Shown here: in pieces, positions 37,393 through 47,140 of the stretch
Position numbering within the stretch: the first letter of the stretch is position 1
Layout: each line of letters opens with the position of its first letter
NCBI GenBank assembly: GCA_963715865.1
Contig: OY970280.1
Location: 1,984,001-2,048,000, forward strand
Direction: 5' to 3'
Length of the DNA stretch: 64,000 bases
Origin: Candidatus Bathyarchaeota archaeon
GTDB taxonomy: Archaea > Thermoproteota > Bathyarchaeia > Bathyarchaeales > Bathycorpusculaceae
The notes under the pieces: generated by a model
What the model saw: the letters and a program-made list of their open reading frames with translations, nothing else
What the model was told of the DNA's origin: nothing
The model's database searches: none
Program-made: the position numbers and the translations under genes

Positions 37393-38320
37393 TATTTCCA
37401 TTTTTTCAACTTCCAACTCCAAAAGTACCTAATTGATAGATAGGTCTCCAATTAAAGAAGGGGGAGTCTGCATCTATGCCTATACGTTCCATCAGGCGTA
37501 ACCTACTTCACAACAGCGAACTTTTAACTTATGCTAAACTACTCTTAAACCTGTTACTTTTTGACTTTGCAGAATTATGACAAGTTTCTTTCTATTCTAC
37601 AAAGTAACCAAATATCATAAGAAGAAAGAAAAGTAAGATGTTAAAGTTTCTATGTTGTTATTGCAATTTCCATCTTTGGAGCAAGCAAAATATTCTCTAA
37701 GTTTTTAACTAAAGATATTGTATTATCTGCCTAATGCTTTGGGATTTTCCTTAAGATAAAATTGTGTAAATACCGTTCTTTCAACTCTGCCTTGAAGTAA
37801 TGAGATTAACTCTTGTAGTAACCCTAAAGTCCATATTCCCAAGCGTAATTTAAGTTTATCTGGGTTAAGCCAGAGCATTCTGCTGCTATAATACGCCTGT
37901 TAGCTTGAGAATTAAGAAAATAGCCAAAGCAACGCAGATAATAACAAACAAAATCAGACGTATGCGTTCGCATAAAGCATCTTGAAGGCTCCATTGTCTC
38001 GACAAAACATTTCTGCCTCGACACGACAGAGCTGGCTCCAAAGTGAACACTATTGCGCCCGGGAAAGTGAACACTATACTACAGTAGGCATTCTAAAGGG
38101 GCTCGATAGTCGCAACTAAAGCGCAAGCCAAAAAGCTGCGTTTGCCCGCTCAATTGTTTGAACAAAACTTTTACGCGATCGAACAAATGTCCCTAGCCCT
38201 TTGAAACTCCATCATGCCTCGATTGTAGAATTATTAAAAAAAGGAAATCTAATGTTGAAAACCCCATCCTATAATGGAATAGTATATCTTAGTCACAAGC
38301 CATGAGTATGGTAGATTAGG

Positions 38321-38611
38321 TTGAACAAGATGAGCCCAGGAAAGGAAACGCGAAAAGTTCCTAACAGCCGTATTAAAATCTTAACTAAAGACGCGAAGCA
38401 AATGGTGAATGGACCATATTACTGCCCGAAGTGCCGAAAGGAATTACTGCAAATTTTGGCGAATGTAAACAAGAAAGAAGTGTACGCCGTCTGCAAATGT
38501 GGCCTTGAATGGCAGTTAACTTATGCGCCTGTTTTTCAGCCGATAGATTACTATAATAAGTTTAGGGATTTGTGGAAAAAGCAAAGCTACGGTATAATCA
38601 AGCAAAAATAA
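38321..38611 (+). CDS. Elf1-like zinc-ribbon protein
   Basis: YYCPKC...YAVCKCGL...FQPIDYYNKFRD resembles the Elf1 C.C...C..C...EPIDVY..W.D pattern. Confidence 0.55.
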   Translation: MNKMSPGKETRKVPNSRIKILTKDAKQMVNGPYYCPKCRKELLQILANVNKKEVYAVCKCGLEWQLTYAPVFQPIDYYNKFRDLWKKQSYGIIKQK

Positions 38612-38770
38612 CTTTTTCATTTGTCTCTTTTAAACTGATACTACGCCCATCGCAACTATTATTCACGAGCCCCGATTGTGCTCAACCAACCTTCATAAGC
38701 AAAAGGTTTGCCAAAACAAATTATCTATAAATGGGAACACAGCAGTAAATAGAAAAAGGAGCCAAAGCCG

Positions 38771-39220
38771 TTGACCGAAGAAAAACTTGAATTCACTCGC
38801 CCGCTGCTCATTTTGGGAAACCTTGGACTTCTCGCATGGGTTTTTCTAGCTTTCTTCGGCATATTTTTTTACAATCAAATTTACGGTTGGCTATACCTGC
38901 TTGCAGAAGCCGCGATAATTTACCTTATTCTGCGCAGGCTCGGTTGCAGCAGCTGTTACAAATGCAAGTCATGTACAAGCGGCTTCGGAAGACTCGCAGG
39001 CGCATTCTTTGGAAAAGGCTACACCAAGAAAGAAAGCGTCGGAAACAGGCTTGGGATAATAGCTTTTGTTTATTTTTTGCTGCTTCCGCTTCCAGCCACA
39101 GTGCTATTTTTCTCGCTTTCCGCCGCTTTTTCGTTTCTGAAAGTGTTAGTGCTAGTTTGCCTTTTGGCGGTGGCTGTTTACAGCTTAACTACTTGGTTCA
39201 AGCGCTCAGTTAAGTCGTAA
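38771..39220 (+). CDS. Hypothetical membrane protein with CxxCxxCxxC motif
   Basis: GCSSCYKCKSC between TM helices. Confidence 0.65.
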   Translation: MTEEKLEFTRPLLILGNLGLLAWVFLAFFGIFFYNQIYGWLYLLAEAAIIYLILRRLGCSSCYKCKSCTSGFGRLAGAFFGKGYTKKESVGNRLGIIAFVYFLLLPLPATVLFFSLSAAFSFLKVLVLVCLLAVAVYSLTTWFKRSVKS

Positions 39221-39289
39221 ATTATGATTTGGGGTAAGTAAGTTTTAAACGGTTGAATGTTGCTTGTTATGGGCATTGAAGATGGTTAA

Positions 39290-40426
39290 ATGAGCAGACC
39301 ACTGCTGAGTCGTAAACCAGTTAGACTATTAATTATCTTCACGTTAGTGTTTTTTGTTTCTTTACCGATAATTCGTCCTTTTGGAGTAGTCACCGCTCAA
39401 AGCCCAGATCAAAACCAGTACTACAACAGGGATTTCGCATGGGATTACGATGGGAATCATTGGACTTGGAACCTCAGCATTCCAGTAGCCCTGTATGACG
39501 CCTATAAAGCAGTTCCAGATTCAACCCGAATACAAAATGGACCTGCAGGCTATGACTTTTGCGTTACAACTAAAGATTCTTACTTACAAGGTCTAGTCGA
39601 GAAACTAAATGAAACCGCAACGCAACTTGGATACGGTTCATTTGATCAAGTAAGCTTTGTTTTAGCTTTCGTCCAAAGTATACCTTACAAGTCTGACTTA
39701 AACACCACAGGATATGAAGAATACCCAAGGTTCCCGATAGAAACTTTAGTGGATCAGGCCGGAGACTGCGACTGCAAAGCCGTACTTTTTGCAACATTAA
39801 CGCTAATGATGGGTTACGGTGCAGTTTTCATTAACCCTACAGACCATTTAGCGGTTGGTGTATTAGGAAATGACCTTTCAGGTACATATTGGACCTACGA
39901 AAACAGAACTTACTATTACGCTGAAACTACAGGAACCGGGTTTAAAGTTGGCGAGCTTCCCGATGAATTCAAAGGTCAAAGCGCTTATGTATACCCCATA
40001 GATGAAAGCCATCAATACGTTCTAGAATCACAGGCGACGCCATCTAATGAACCTGCTCCAACTATTTCTCCTAACACGCCAGCATCAACACCAACGCTTG
40101 AACCTAACCCAGCCACTTCGCCTTCGCCAACAATCGCCGAACCGACCATCCAACCAGTTGAACCCCTATCATTTAACTTAATTTCTGATAATCCCATCTT
40201 GTTTATACTCATTGTCCTCGCAATAGTAATTTCCATCACCATTGCGGTTAAATCAGCAAAAAAACCCAAAGAACCACCGCCCATTAACCAAACAGTTTCT
40301 CCAGAACCAAGCATTCCCCAAGTGACAGATGCCAATTTAGAGGGCAACAAATTCTGCATTTATTGCGGCTCAAGCAACAAATCGTTTGCTTTATACTGCG
40401 AGAAATGCGGTAAAAAAATAGCTTAA
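39290..40426 (+). CDS. Transglutaminase-like cysteine protease domain, TM helix and C-terminal zinc ribbon
   Basis: FVQSIPY, GDCDCKA, DHLAVG, YYYAETT; CIYCGS...CEKCG. Confidence 0.75.
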   Translation: MSRPLLSRKPVRLLIIFTLVFFVSLPIIRPFGVVTAQSPDQNQYYNRDFAWDYDGNHWTWNLSIPVALYDAYKAVPDSTRIQNGPAGYDFCVTTKDSYLQGLVEKLNETATQLGYGSFDQVSFVLAFVQSIPYKSDLNTTGYEEYPRFPIETLVDQAGDCDCKAVLFATLTLMMGYGAVFINPTDHLAVGVLGNDLSGTYWTYENRTYYYAETTGTGFKVGELPDEFKGQSAYVYPIDESHQYVLESQATPSNEPAPTISPNTPASTPTLEPNPATSPSPTIAEPTIQPVEPLSFNLISDNPILFILIVLAIVISITIAVKSAKKPKEPPPINQTVSPEPSIPQVTDANLEGNKFCIYCGSSNKSFALYCEKCGKKIA

Positions 40427-40435
40427 GCACAAACC

Positions 40436-40978
40436 TTAACTTGAAAGCGAATTGAGAGTTTCCTCTGCAAACCCGTCTATTCTAGCATGCACGTAAACAG
40501 CAATCGCAATTTCCAAAAGGATAATAACTGAAAGAAAAACGGCAAGAGACTTTGTTAAACTTACAAAAGCTTGCCCTACTTGGAAATCCACATCGCCATT
40601 AACGGTTACTAGCCAACTCCAGAAACTAGGCTTCTGCGTAACCATAAACATGCCTAAATCAAAGGTCATCCATAAGCATAAACCAACTAACGCAACAGCT
40701 AAGGCACAGCCGACTACTGTTAGGTTTTTCCAGTCTGAACTCAGGCGGGAAGAGCAGGTTACTTGTGTTCCAGAATCAACCGGTGCCAAATTGACGCTCA
40801 GTGTTTTCTTGGCTGTTCTCGGCGATATTCCCCATAGCGACCCCTGCTTAACTAAAATTTGCTTCGGCGGCTCTTCGGAAATTATCTTGCAGCCTTTCTC
40901 GATTAGAGCAGCTTTCAAATCTGCATATGCTTTATCAATTTCTACGCTGACGGTTCGCTCAAGCAACCATGACACCAC
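40436..40978 (-). CDS. Hypothetical membrane protein
   Basis: 180 aa, soluble N-terminus plus two TM helices. Confidence 0.6.
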   Translation of the reverse strand: MVSWLLERTVSVEIDKAYADLKAALIEKGCKIISEEPPKQILVKQGSLWGISPRTAKKTLSVNLAPVDSGTQVTCSSRLSSDWKNLTVVGCALAVALVGLCLWMTFDLGMFMVTQKPSFWSWLVTVNGDVDFQVGQAFVSLTKSLAVFLSVIILLEIAIAVYVHARIDGFAEETLNSLSS

Positions 40979-41001
40979 TTAATTCATTAAGCGTTTAGTT
41001 G

Positions 41002-41658
41002 CTATTGTGGTTTTTCATTAGACCTAAAAAGCTTCTTCTCATACTGCGACCTAGGCTTAAAACCCCTAATCTGCCGACGCGTCATGGCTCGTTGTCTTTC
41101 AAGATTCTTTATCCTAGCATAAAGCTTTGATACCTTGGTCTTAGACGGCACCTTAGACCTTGGCGCATGAACGGGCACAGGCGTGAATGGCTTGTTAATT
41201 TCAAGTTTGCGCCGTCCAGATTTCTTGAATGGAACGTTACGCACTTTCTTGAATACAACATAGCCGTCTTTGAGGTTTACTTCCTGCACTTCCCAGCCTG
41301 CATTCAACCAAGCCTTCGTATGAACGCTAGATGATGAATTGCTCCACCAAGCTTCATCTCTGAAAGCGTTCATCGGAAGGTTACTGCCAATTAAACCGTC
41401 TATTCTTGCGAAGGAAAGCTTTACTAACCCAGTGAAAGCAGCTCTAAACTTCAAGTGATTTTCAAGCCCATCATACTTAGATACCGACCGTGGCGAAACC
41501 ACTCGCCTAGCACAATGCAGGCATAACATCGCATTGGGGTCGCCAGTGGCAACATCAGGCACCATGCAGTCACGGCAGAACAGCTTCTTGCAACGTTGAC
41601 ACTTACGCATGTAAGCTACTCGAAGAACCCTACCGCAGATTCCACATTCATCCTTCAA
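41002..41658 (-). CDS. Zn-finger plus conserved SKY...WWSN...AWL.AGW domain protein (DUF7662-like)
   Basis: CGIC...CQRC...CRDC...CLHC; SKYDGL...LSFARI..LIG..LP.NA...WWSN...AWLNAGWEV. Confidence 0.65.
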   Translation of the reverse strand: MKDECGICGRVLRVAYMRKCQRCKKLFCRDCMVPDVATGDPNAMLCLHCARRVVSPRSVSKYDGLENHLKFRAAFTGLVKLSFARIDGLIGSNLPMNAFRDEAWWSNSSSSVHTKAWLNAGWEVQEVNLKDGYVVFKKVRNVPFKKSGRRKLEINKPFTPVPVHAPRSKVPSKTKVSKLYARIKNLERQRAMTRRQIRGFKPRSQYEKKLFRSNEKPQ

Positions 41659-41739
41659 CGACGAGCCGACCTTTTACCAAGCGAACTGAAAAATCGCTTA
41701 AACTACACTCCTCTTTTTAGACATATTAATTTTCACTTT

Positions 41740-43266
41740 TTAAGAAACCGATTTTGCCTGAAAATTATTGCCTCTAGATGTTAACTGTTGTAGGGTACCT
41801 TTGATTTCTTCCCAAATTAATCTAAGAAGCTCCCTCGCTTGCGTATCAATAGCTAGCAACAAGGCTGCGTAAATTGCAAATCCTACAATGGCTTTAGCCA
41901 ACGTAAAAATCAATGTAGATGTATTAGGAAGCAAGAAAAGTATAATCCCCATAAAGATGGATGCCAGAACGTATTTGGCTATGCTTTTCCAAGCAACAGG
42001 TAACCTAATTGAACGATGCATAAACAAGTATAGTCCAATGAAGGTTGAAAGATGGACGCCAATGAGTATTGCTATAACGTATACTACAGCTTGCACTGAC
42101 CCAGCCACTGGCATCAGCGTCAGAACGAAATAAGCTAAGGGTAAAGCAATTGCTGCCTGAATGTATGTAATGCTGAATACTTTGAAGATTTTGCTTCTGA
42201 CAAGTTTTCGAAGCGAAATTTTGCCTTCCGCGTCGAAGGCTTCTGCACCCATGAGGTATGAAGAGTAAAACTGAGAAATCAAAACCACTAATGTGTCAAT
42301 CGTTAATGCGATGAGAACCGGCCAAGCAACACTGTAAGATACATTCAGGATAGTTAAGAATGAGACAGACATAATCATTGTTATGGTGGATAATGGAATC
42401 GCAAACATTAACACTGTTCTAAACGATACTCCTACATCTTCGTCTGGACAAGTTTTAGCCAACAGCTTAGGATACAACGCGAACGCCAAAGAAGCAGAAT
42501 ACCCGATTATATTCGTAAAAGTGAAAGCAGCTTGGTAATAAGCTCTAGTGCCTGATCCACCATATAAGAAAAGCAAGATAAGGACAAACGAGACCAATTG
42601 CCCGCCAATAGCGTTATAGGCAATTGCAGCTGACCCTTTAAGCCATTCTTTAAGGTAGCCCCAGTTTGCTTTTTGCTTAAATTCGCCAGACAAAAGCCGC
42701 ACATAATATAATACTTGAACTAAGGCGGAAATAACTAAGGCTAGCATTGCCCCAAGGAATAACTGTCCTAAACCCACTATAACCAGTAAAGCAACAGCAA
42801 CTTTCACTACTTCCTCAATCAGCAAACCATACCCAATTACCTGAGGCTTCATTGAACGCAAAACGCTTTCAAAAACGGTGACCATATAAAAATTAAAAAT
42901 ATACAATCCTGATACGAGGTAGACTAGTAAGTAAGCTTCGGTTCCAATTGCTCTTGAAATCAGAACTATGGCAGGGAGATAAATTAAAACTGAAATAAGA
43001 GCTATAGACAATTGCCCTAAAGTGCCAGTTTTGACAGTTCCCTCTTTGCCTCTCGCCATAAACCGAGTTGCCCAGAAAGGCAACACGCTGCTGAAAAGCA
43101 TAAAGTACCCAGTGTAATCAAAAATGTTCGTCCAAATACCATACTCGCTTGTGTTCATATTTCGGGTAAGCAAAAGCGTAAACACAAGTCCAGTAATTAT
43201 GCTCAGTACTTGAGATGAAAAAATGATGAATCCACTGTACTGAAGCCTTATTTGATTTTTGCTCAA
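41740..43266 (-). CDS. Polysaccharide/oligosaccharide flippase (Wzx/RfbX-like)
   Basis: 508 aa, about 12-14 hydrophobic segments, LLLTRNM...EYGIW start. Confidence 0.75.
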   Translation of the reverse strand: MSKNQIRLQYSGFIIFSSQVLSIITGLVFTLLLTRNMNTSEYGIWTNIFDYTGYFMLFSSVLPFWATRFMARGKEGTVKTGTLGQLSIALISVLIYLPAIVLISRAIGTEAYLLVYLVSGLYIFNFYMVTVFESVLRSMKPQVIGYGLLIEEVVKVAVALLVIVGLGQLFLGAMLALVISALVQVLYYVRLLSGEFKQKANWGYLKEWLKGSAAIAYNAIGGQLVSFVLILLFLYGGSGTRAYYQAAFTFTNIIGYSASLAFALYPKLLAKTCPDEDVGVSFRTVLMFAIPLSTITMIMSVSFLTILNVSYSVAWPVLIALTIDTLVVLISQFYSSYLMGAEAFDAEGKISLRKLVRSKIFKVFSITYIQAAIALPLAYFVLTLMPVAGSVQAVVYVIAILIGVHLSTFIGLYLFMHRSIRLPVAWKSIAKYVLASIFMGIILFLLPNTSTLIFTLAKAIVGFAIYAALLLAIDTQARELLRLIWEEIKGTLQQLTSRGNNFQAKSVS

Positions 43267-43398
43267 GTGATACTTTCCTGCTTCGATTGGCGATTTAAGT
43301 AATAGTGCATTGTCAAACTTCTAGATATACAATTTCCCAAATAACCTACAAAACAAGCATTTACAATAAGAAAAAGTGAAAAAACGGTTGATTAATTC

Positions 43399-44877
43399 TC
43401 ACCCTTTTACAACTGCTAACGGAACAAGCCTTGCAACTTTAGTGGCAATCCCAATCTTGTCACTAACGTCAACAACCACATCCACATTCTTGTACGCAAG
43501 GTCAGCCTCCTCAGCCAAAACCGAGGCACTTGCAGCACGAACAACAATTCCCCGCTTCTCCAAGGCAGCTTTTACATCTCCACCCCAATACTGCCTTTTT
43601 GCAGCCGAACGGCTCATCATTCTGCCTGCTCCATGCGCTGTTGAACCAAAAGTTAAATCCATAGCTTTCTCTGAACCTACCAGAACCCATGAGCTTGTGC
43701 CCATGCTGCCTGGAATAAGCACTGGTTGTCCTTCACTGCGGTAATCGGCTGGAATATCAGGGTGCCCAGCTGGGAAGGCGCGTGTTGCTCCTTTACGGTG
43801 AACCCAAACCTTCTTTTCTCCACCGTCAATCTTGTGAGTTTCAACTTTGGCAATGTTATGAGCCACATCGTAAACGAGTTTTAACCCGAATTTTTCAGGC
43901 GGCTCATGGAAAACTTGCTGGAAACTTTGTCTAACCCAATGCATAATTGCATGACGATTAGAAAAAGCATAGTTGACAGCGCAAGCCATAGCTTGGAAGT
44001 AATCACGGGCTTCATTGCTGTTTCCAGGTGCACAGGCTAATTCGCGGTCAGGTAACATTATCTTGTACTTTTGCACTGCATGCTCCATAACTCTCAGGTA
44101 ATCAGAACAGACCTGGTGACCGTAGCCTCTTGAGCCGCAATGAATCATTACTGTAACTTGACCTTCTTGCGTAATTCCAAAAGTCTTAGCTGTTTTAGGA
44201 TTATAGATTTTATCTACCTTTTGTATCTCTAAGAAGTGGTTTCCTGAACCCAAAGTGCCAATCTGAGTTATTCCCCTGCTCTTAGCGGTAGACGAAACCT
44301 TATCTGGGTCTGCATTAGCCATGCAGCCTTGTTCTTCACAGTGCTCTGCGTCTTCAGTCCAACCAAACCCGCGTTTAATAAGCCACGGCACACCCTCAAC
44401 TACCAAACGGTCTAAGTCGGCAGAGGATATTGTGAGGTCTTTTCGTCTGCTTCCAAGCCCAGAAGGGACATTACGGAAAATGGTGTCTGCTAACGGTGCA
44501 AGTTTGGGTCGAATCTCTTTTTCCGTGAGCGTTGTTGCTAATAGGCGGACACCACAGTTAATGTCATAACCTACACCACCAGGACTGATAACGCCTTCAT
44601 CGTAGTCGGTTGCGGCAACGCCGCCTATTGGAAAACCGTAACCTTCATGCCCATCGGGCAATGTTATTGCATGCTTGTAAATTCCAGGCAACCATGTCAC
44701 GTTTGTACATTGCCAAAGAGTCCGATCAGTCTTCATCTTTTCTAAAAGAGCTTCATTGGCGAAAACCATACCCGGAACTCTCATGCCTGACTTGTATTTT
44801 GGGATACGCCAAGCGTAATCGTTTACTTTTTCTAGAGGGATTTCTTCTGGCGCTCTTCTACTTTCACTTTCACCCAA
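43399..44877 (-). CDS. rtcB: tRNA-splicing ligase RtcB
   Basis: PDGHEGYGFPIGG, DINCG, GTLGSGNHFLE, HCGSRG, DVAHN, HRKGAT, STAHGAGR; no intein. Confidence 0.97.
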   Translation of the reverse strand: MGESESRRAPEEIPLEKVNDYAWRIPKYKSGMRVPGMVFANEALLEKMKTDRTLWQCTNVTWLPGIYKHAITLPDGHEGYGFPIGGVAATDYDEGVISPGGVGYDINCGVRLLATTLTEKEIRPKLAPLADTIFRNVPSGLGSRRKDLTISSADLDRLVVEGVPWLIKRGFGWTEDAEHCEEQGCMANADPDKVSSTAKSRGITQIGTLGSGNHFLEIQKVDKIYNPKTAKTFGITQEGQVTVMIHCGSRGYGHQVCSDYLRVMEHAVQKYKIMLPDRELACAPGNSNEARDYFQAMACAVNYAFSNRHAIMHWVRQSFQQVFHEPPEKFGLKLVYDVAHNIAKVETHKIDGGEKKVWVHRKGATRAFPAGHPDIPADYRSEGQPVLIPGSMGTSSWVLVGSEKAMDLTFGSTAHGAGRMMSRSAAKRQYWGGDVKAALEKRGIVVRAASASVLAEEADLAYKNVDVVVDVSDKIGIATKVARLVPLAVVKG

Positions 44878-44922
44878 AATTTCTCACCTTAAAAAACAAA
44901 GTGGAAAGACACTATAAAACGT

Positions 44923-45843
44923 TTATGAACTTTGTTTAGCCTGTGTTTGTTTGGCGTAATCAATAAAGCCTTGAACGCTGTTTCCAAGAGCTGTCCTTGA
45001 GTAAATACGATGGGACCTCAAGTAATCTGCAAGCTGGCGCATAACCTTGTCCTCAGCAATTATTCTATCACGTATCTCCTCCAAACTTTGGTTTTTCCTG
45101 GCGCCTTCTTCTGCGATTTTTGCCCATAACTGAAGCTGCAACTTGTAATCTTTCAGGCGTTGAACTCCGTTTGAGGCTTTTCCGAAATGACTATAATACA
45201 AAACTGTCGGCTTAAGGCTGATTAATTTATCTAAGGAAGCTAATGCCAAGTCAAGATGGAAAGGAGGCGGCGTAGTGGGCATTACCACATCGAACTCTGG
45301 AAAATACGTGCCAGCAGCATCCCCTGGGAAAACTCCACCGTTTAACGATTCGTGGAAGCTAAGGTTGTGTGAAGCGTGACCGAGCGTTTCAATAACCCTC
45401 AATTTGGCGCCATCATCCAAATCAAAGGAGCCCTCAGTAACAGGAATTATCCGTTCTTTTGGAACAGGTTCAGGCTTACCGAAAATTTCGCTCACAAACC
45501 CGAGAACCGCCTGAGACGATGGCCAAAGCCTCTCAGGATTAATCAAATGAGGCATTCCTCGTGGGTGGACGAGGACTTTTGCGTTAGGCAGAAACTTTAG
45601 CAATGTGCCAGCGCCGCCCCCGTGGTCTAAGTGAACATGCGTAACGGCAACATATTCAACATCCTCAAAGTTTATGTTGAGTTCTTTTAAGCCAGAAACA
45701 AGTTTGGGCACCGAAGAAGTTGGACCCGACTCCACAAGGATGGTTTTAGCGCCTTTTATTATGTAACTGCAAATGAGGTTTTTGAATCCTCCAGTTTCTA
45801 GCTCGACTTGAAACAGGTTTTTTCCGATTTCTTTTGTATGCAA
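44923..45843 (-). CDS. Metallo-beta-lactamase fold hydrolase
   Basis: THVHLDHGGG, GHASH, GDA, SHFG. Confidence 0.9.
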   Translation of the reverse strand: MHTKEIGKNLFQVELETGGFKNLICSYIIKGAKTILVESGPTSSVPKLVSGLKELNINFEDVEYVAVTHVHLDHGGGAGTLLKFLPNAKVLVHPRGMPHLINPERLWPSSQAVLGFVSEIFGKPEPVPKERIIPVTEGSFDLDDGAKLRVIETLGHASHNLSFHESLNGGVFPGDAAGTYFPEFDVVMPTTPPPFHLDLALASLDKLISLKPTVLYYSHFGKASNGVQRLKDYKLQLQLWAKIAEEGARKNQSLEEIRDRIIAEDKVMRQLADYLRSHRIYSRTALGNSVQGFIDYAKQTQAKQSS

Positions 45844-45973
45844 ATGTTCACCTTAGTAAAGTTTGATAAGTGCTGTTATGCCATAAACGTTTCCGTGAAA
45901 TTACGGGGACAACGCGTAAAATTTAATTATTCATTACGATTCTATGGAAGAGGCTAACAGAGGGCAAAAATAG

Positions 45974-46627
45974 TTGAAAGCAATTATCTTCGGAGCACCA
46001 GGCTCTGGAAAAGGCACCTACGCTTCAAGGCTTCAAACAAAACTTGACATTGACGTAATCGCAATGGGAGACATTTTCCGCGAGTTAATGAAGCAAGACT
46101 CAGAATTAGGCAGGAAAGTTAAGGTTTACGTGGAAAAGGGGCTTCTTGTCCCAGACGAAATTGTCATAGAAGTACTAAAGCAACGCTTAAACAAAATTCC
46201 AAAAGGAAAAGGCTTCATTCTGGATGGGTACCCACGGACGCTTGAGCAAGCTAAAACCCTAGACGCCATCACTAAAATTGACGCCATACTGCTGCTGGAT
46301 GTTTCAGATTGGATTATTATTGAACGCTTATCTTCGCGTAGAATATGCCGTAACTGTGGAACCGTTTACAACGTTCGCTTCTTAAAGCCTAAAGTGGAAG
46401 GCATCTGTGACAAATGCGGTGGACCCTTATACCAGCGTTCAGATGATAACCCTGAAGTTATTAAGAAACGACTGCAAGTGTACCAAGAACAGACAAGCCC
46501 GCTCTTAGAGTACTTTAAGGAGAAAAAAGTGCCATTCGTCGCTTCAAGCACCCCAACACTTGATACACCACCAGAACTAATAGTTGACAAGATAATAACG
46601 GAACTGAAGAAACTGAAATTAGCCTAA
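45974..46627 (+). CDS. adk: Adenylate kinase (bacterial-like, with Zn LID)
   Basis: GAPGSGKGT, LDGYPRT, RRIC..C...C..C, QRSDD. Confidence 0.95.
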   Translation: MKAIIFGAPGSGKGTYASRLQTKLDIDVIAMGDIFRELMKQDSELGRKVKVYVEKGLLVPDEIVIEVLKQRLNKIPKGKGFILDGYPRTLEQAKTLDAITKIDAILLLDVSDWIIIERLSSRRICRNCGTVYNVRFLKPKVEGICDKCGGPLYQRSDDNPEVIKKRLQVYQEQTSPLLEYFKEKKVPFVASSTPTLDTPPELIVDKIITELKKLKLA

Positions 46628-47073
46628 ATGTCTAAAATGAACTCTAAGATAACTCGGTCCCTTTCCATTATGATTACCATTCTATGGTAAGTGACAGCTT
46701 TAACAGCGACCTTCTGCGGGTGCTTTTGGGCGTCAAATTTTTCGCCCCAAATTTTTGCTTTGATTTTGAAGTTTTCAGCTGTTTCTTCCCAGCTTGTTAT
46801 TTGAAATTTTGAGTAAAGCGTATTTTCGGTTTCAAACTTTACAAGTAACGCTTCAAGCCAATTATAAAGGAGCGCATATTGGTCTTCAGCTTCAACCTCT
46901 ACAGTTTCCTCTTGCGTCTGAGCGACTTCATCGGTGTCAGTCATAACCTCGAACATTGCAAGCGCAGCATTTTCGTAGGCTTCCTCCATTGTTTTGCCGT
47001 GTGCTCGAATGTAAACGTCAGCGGTATGTTCTAGAAACTCAAATTTTCCTGCGAACTTTTCTGGTGTATCCAT
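46624..47073 (-). CDS. Archease
   Basis: FEFLEHTAD, VKAVTYH, terminal LDI. Confidence 0.93.
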   Translation of the reverse strand: MDTPEKFAGKFEFLEHTADVYIRAHGKTMEEAYENAALAMFEVMTDTDEVAQTQEETVEVEAEDQYALLYNWLEALLVKFETENTLYSKFQITSWEETAENFKIKAKIWGEKFDAQKHPQKVAVKAVTYHRMVIIMERDRVILEFILDI

Positions 47074-47140
47074 AATGTTGAGCCACGCTAGTAATGACTT
47101 AGTGAATGTTTAAAAACGCTTTCGCTTGTCCGAAAAAACA

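Larger units (their letters stand above)
32224..37830. mobile_element. AT-rich genomic island of small hypothetical and membrane genes next to the tRNA-Gly 5' end
   Basis: Visibly lower GC than the flanks, mixed gene orientation, long ORF-free gaps; right boundary approximate, no att copy found. Confidence 0.55.

Noticed and set aside
32224-37830. Classical integron attC cassette array
   Set aside because: No RYYYAAC...GTTRRRY paired sites found after the stop codons and no IntI gene; only the leader and trailer repeats are supported
37824-38240. Intact genes at 37824-38024 and 37886-38074
   Set aside because: Short overlapping frames with no clear start; more likely pseudogene debris
43399-44877. 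Intein in RtcB
   Set aside because: The length (492 aa) is normal and the motifs are contiguous
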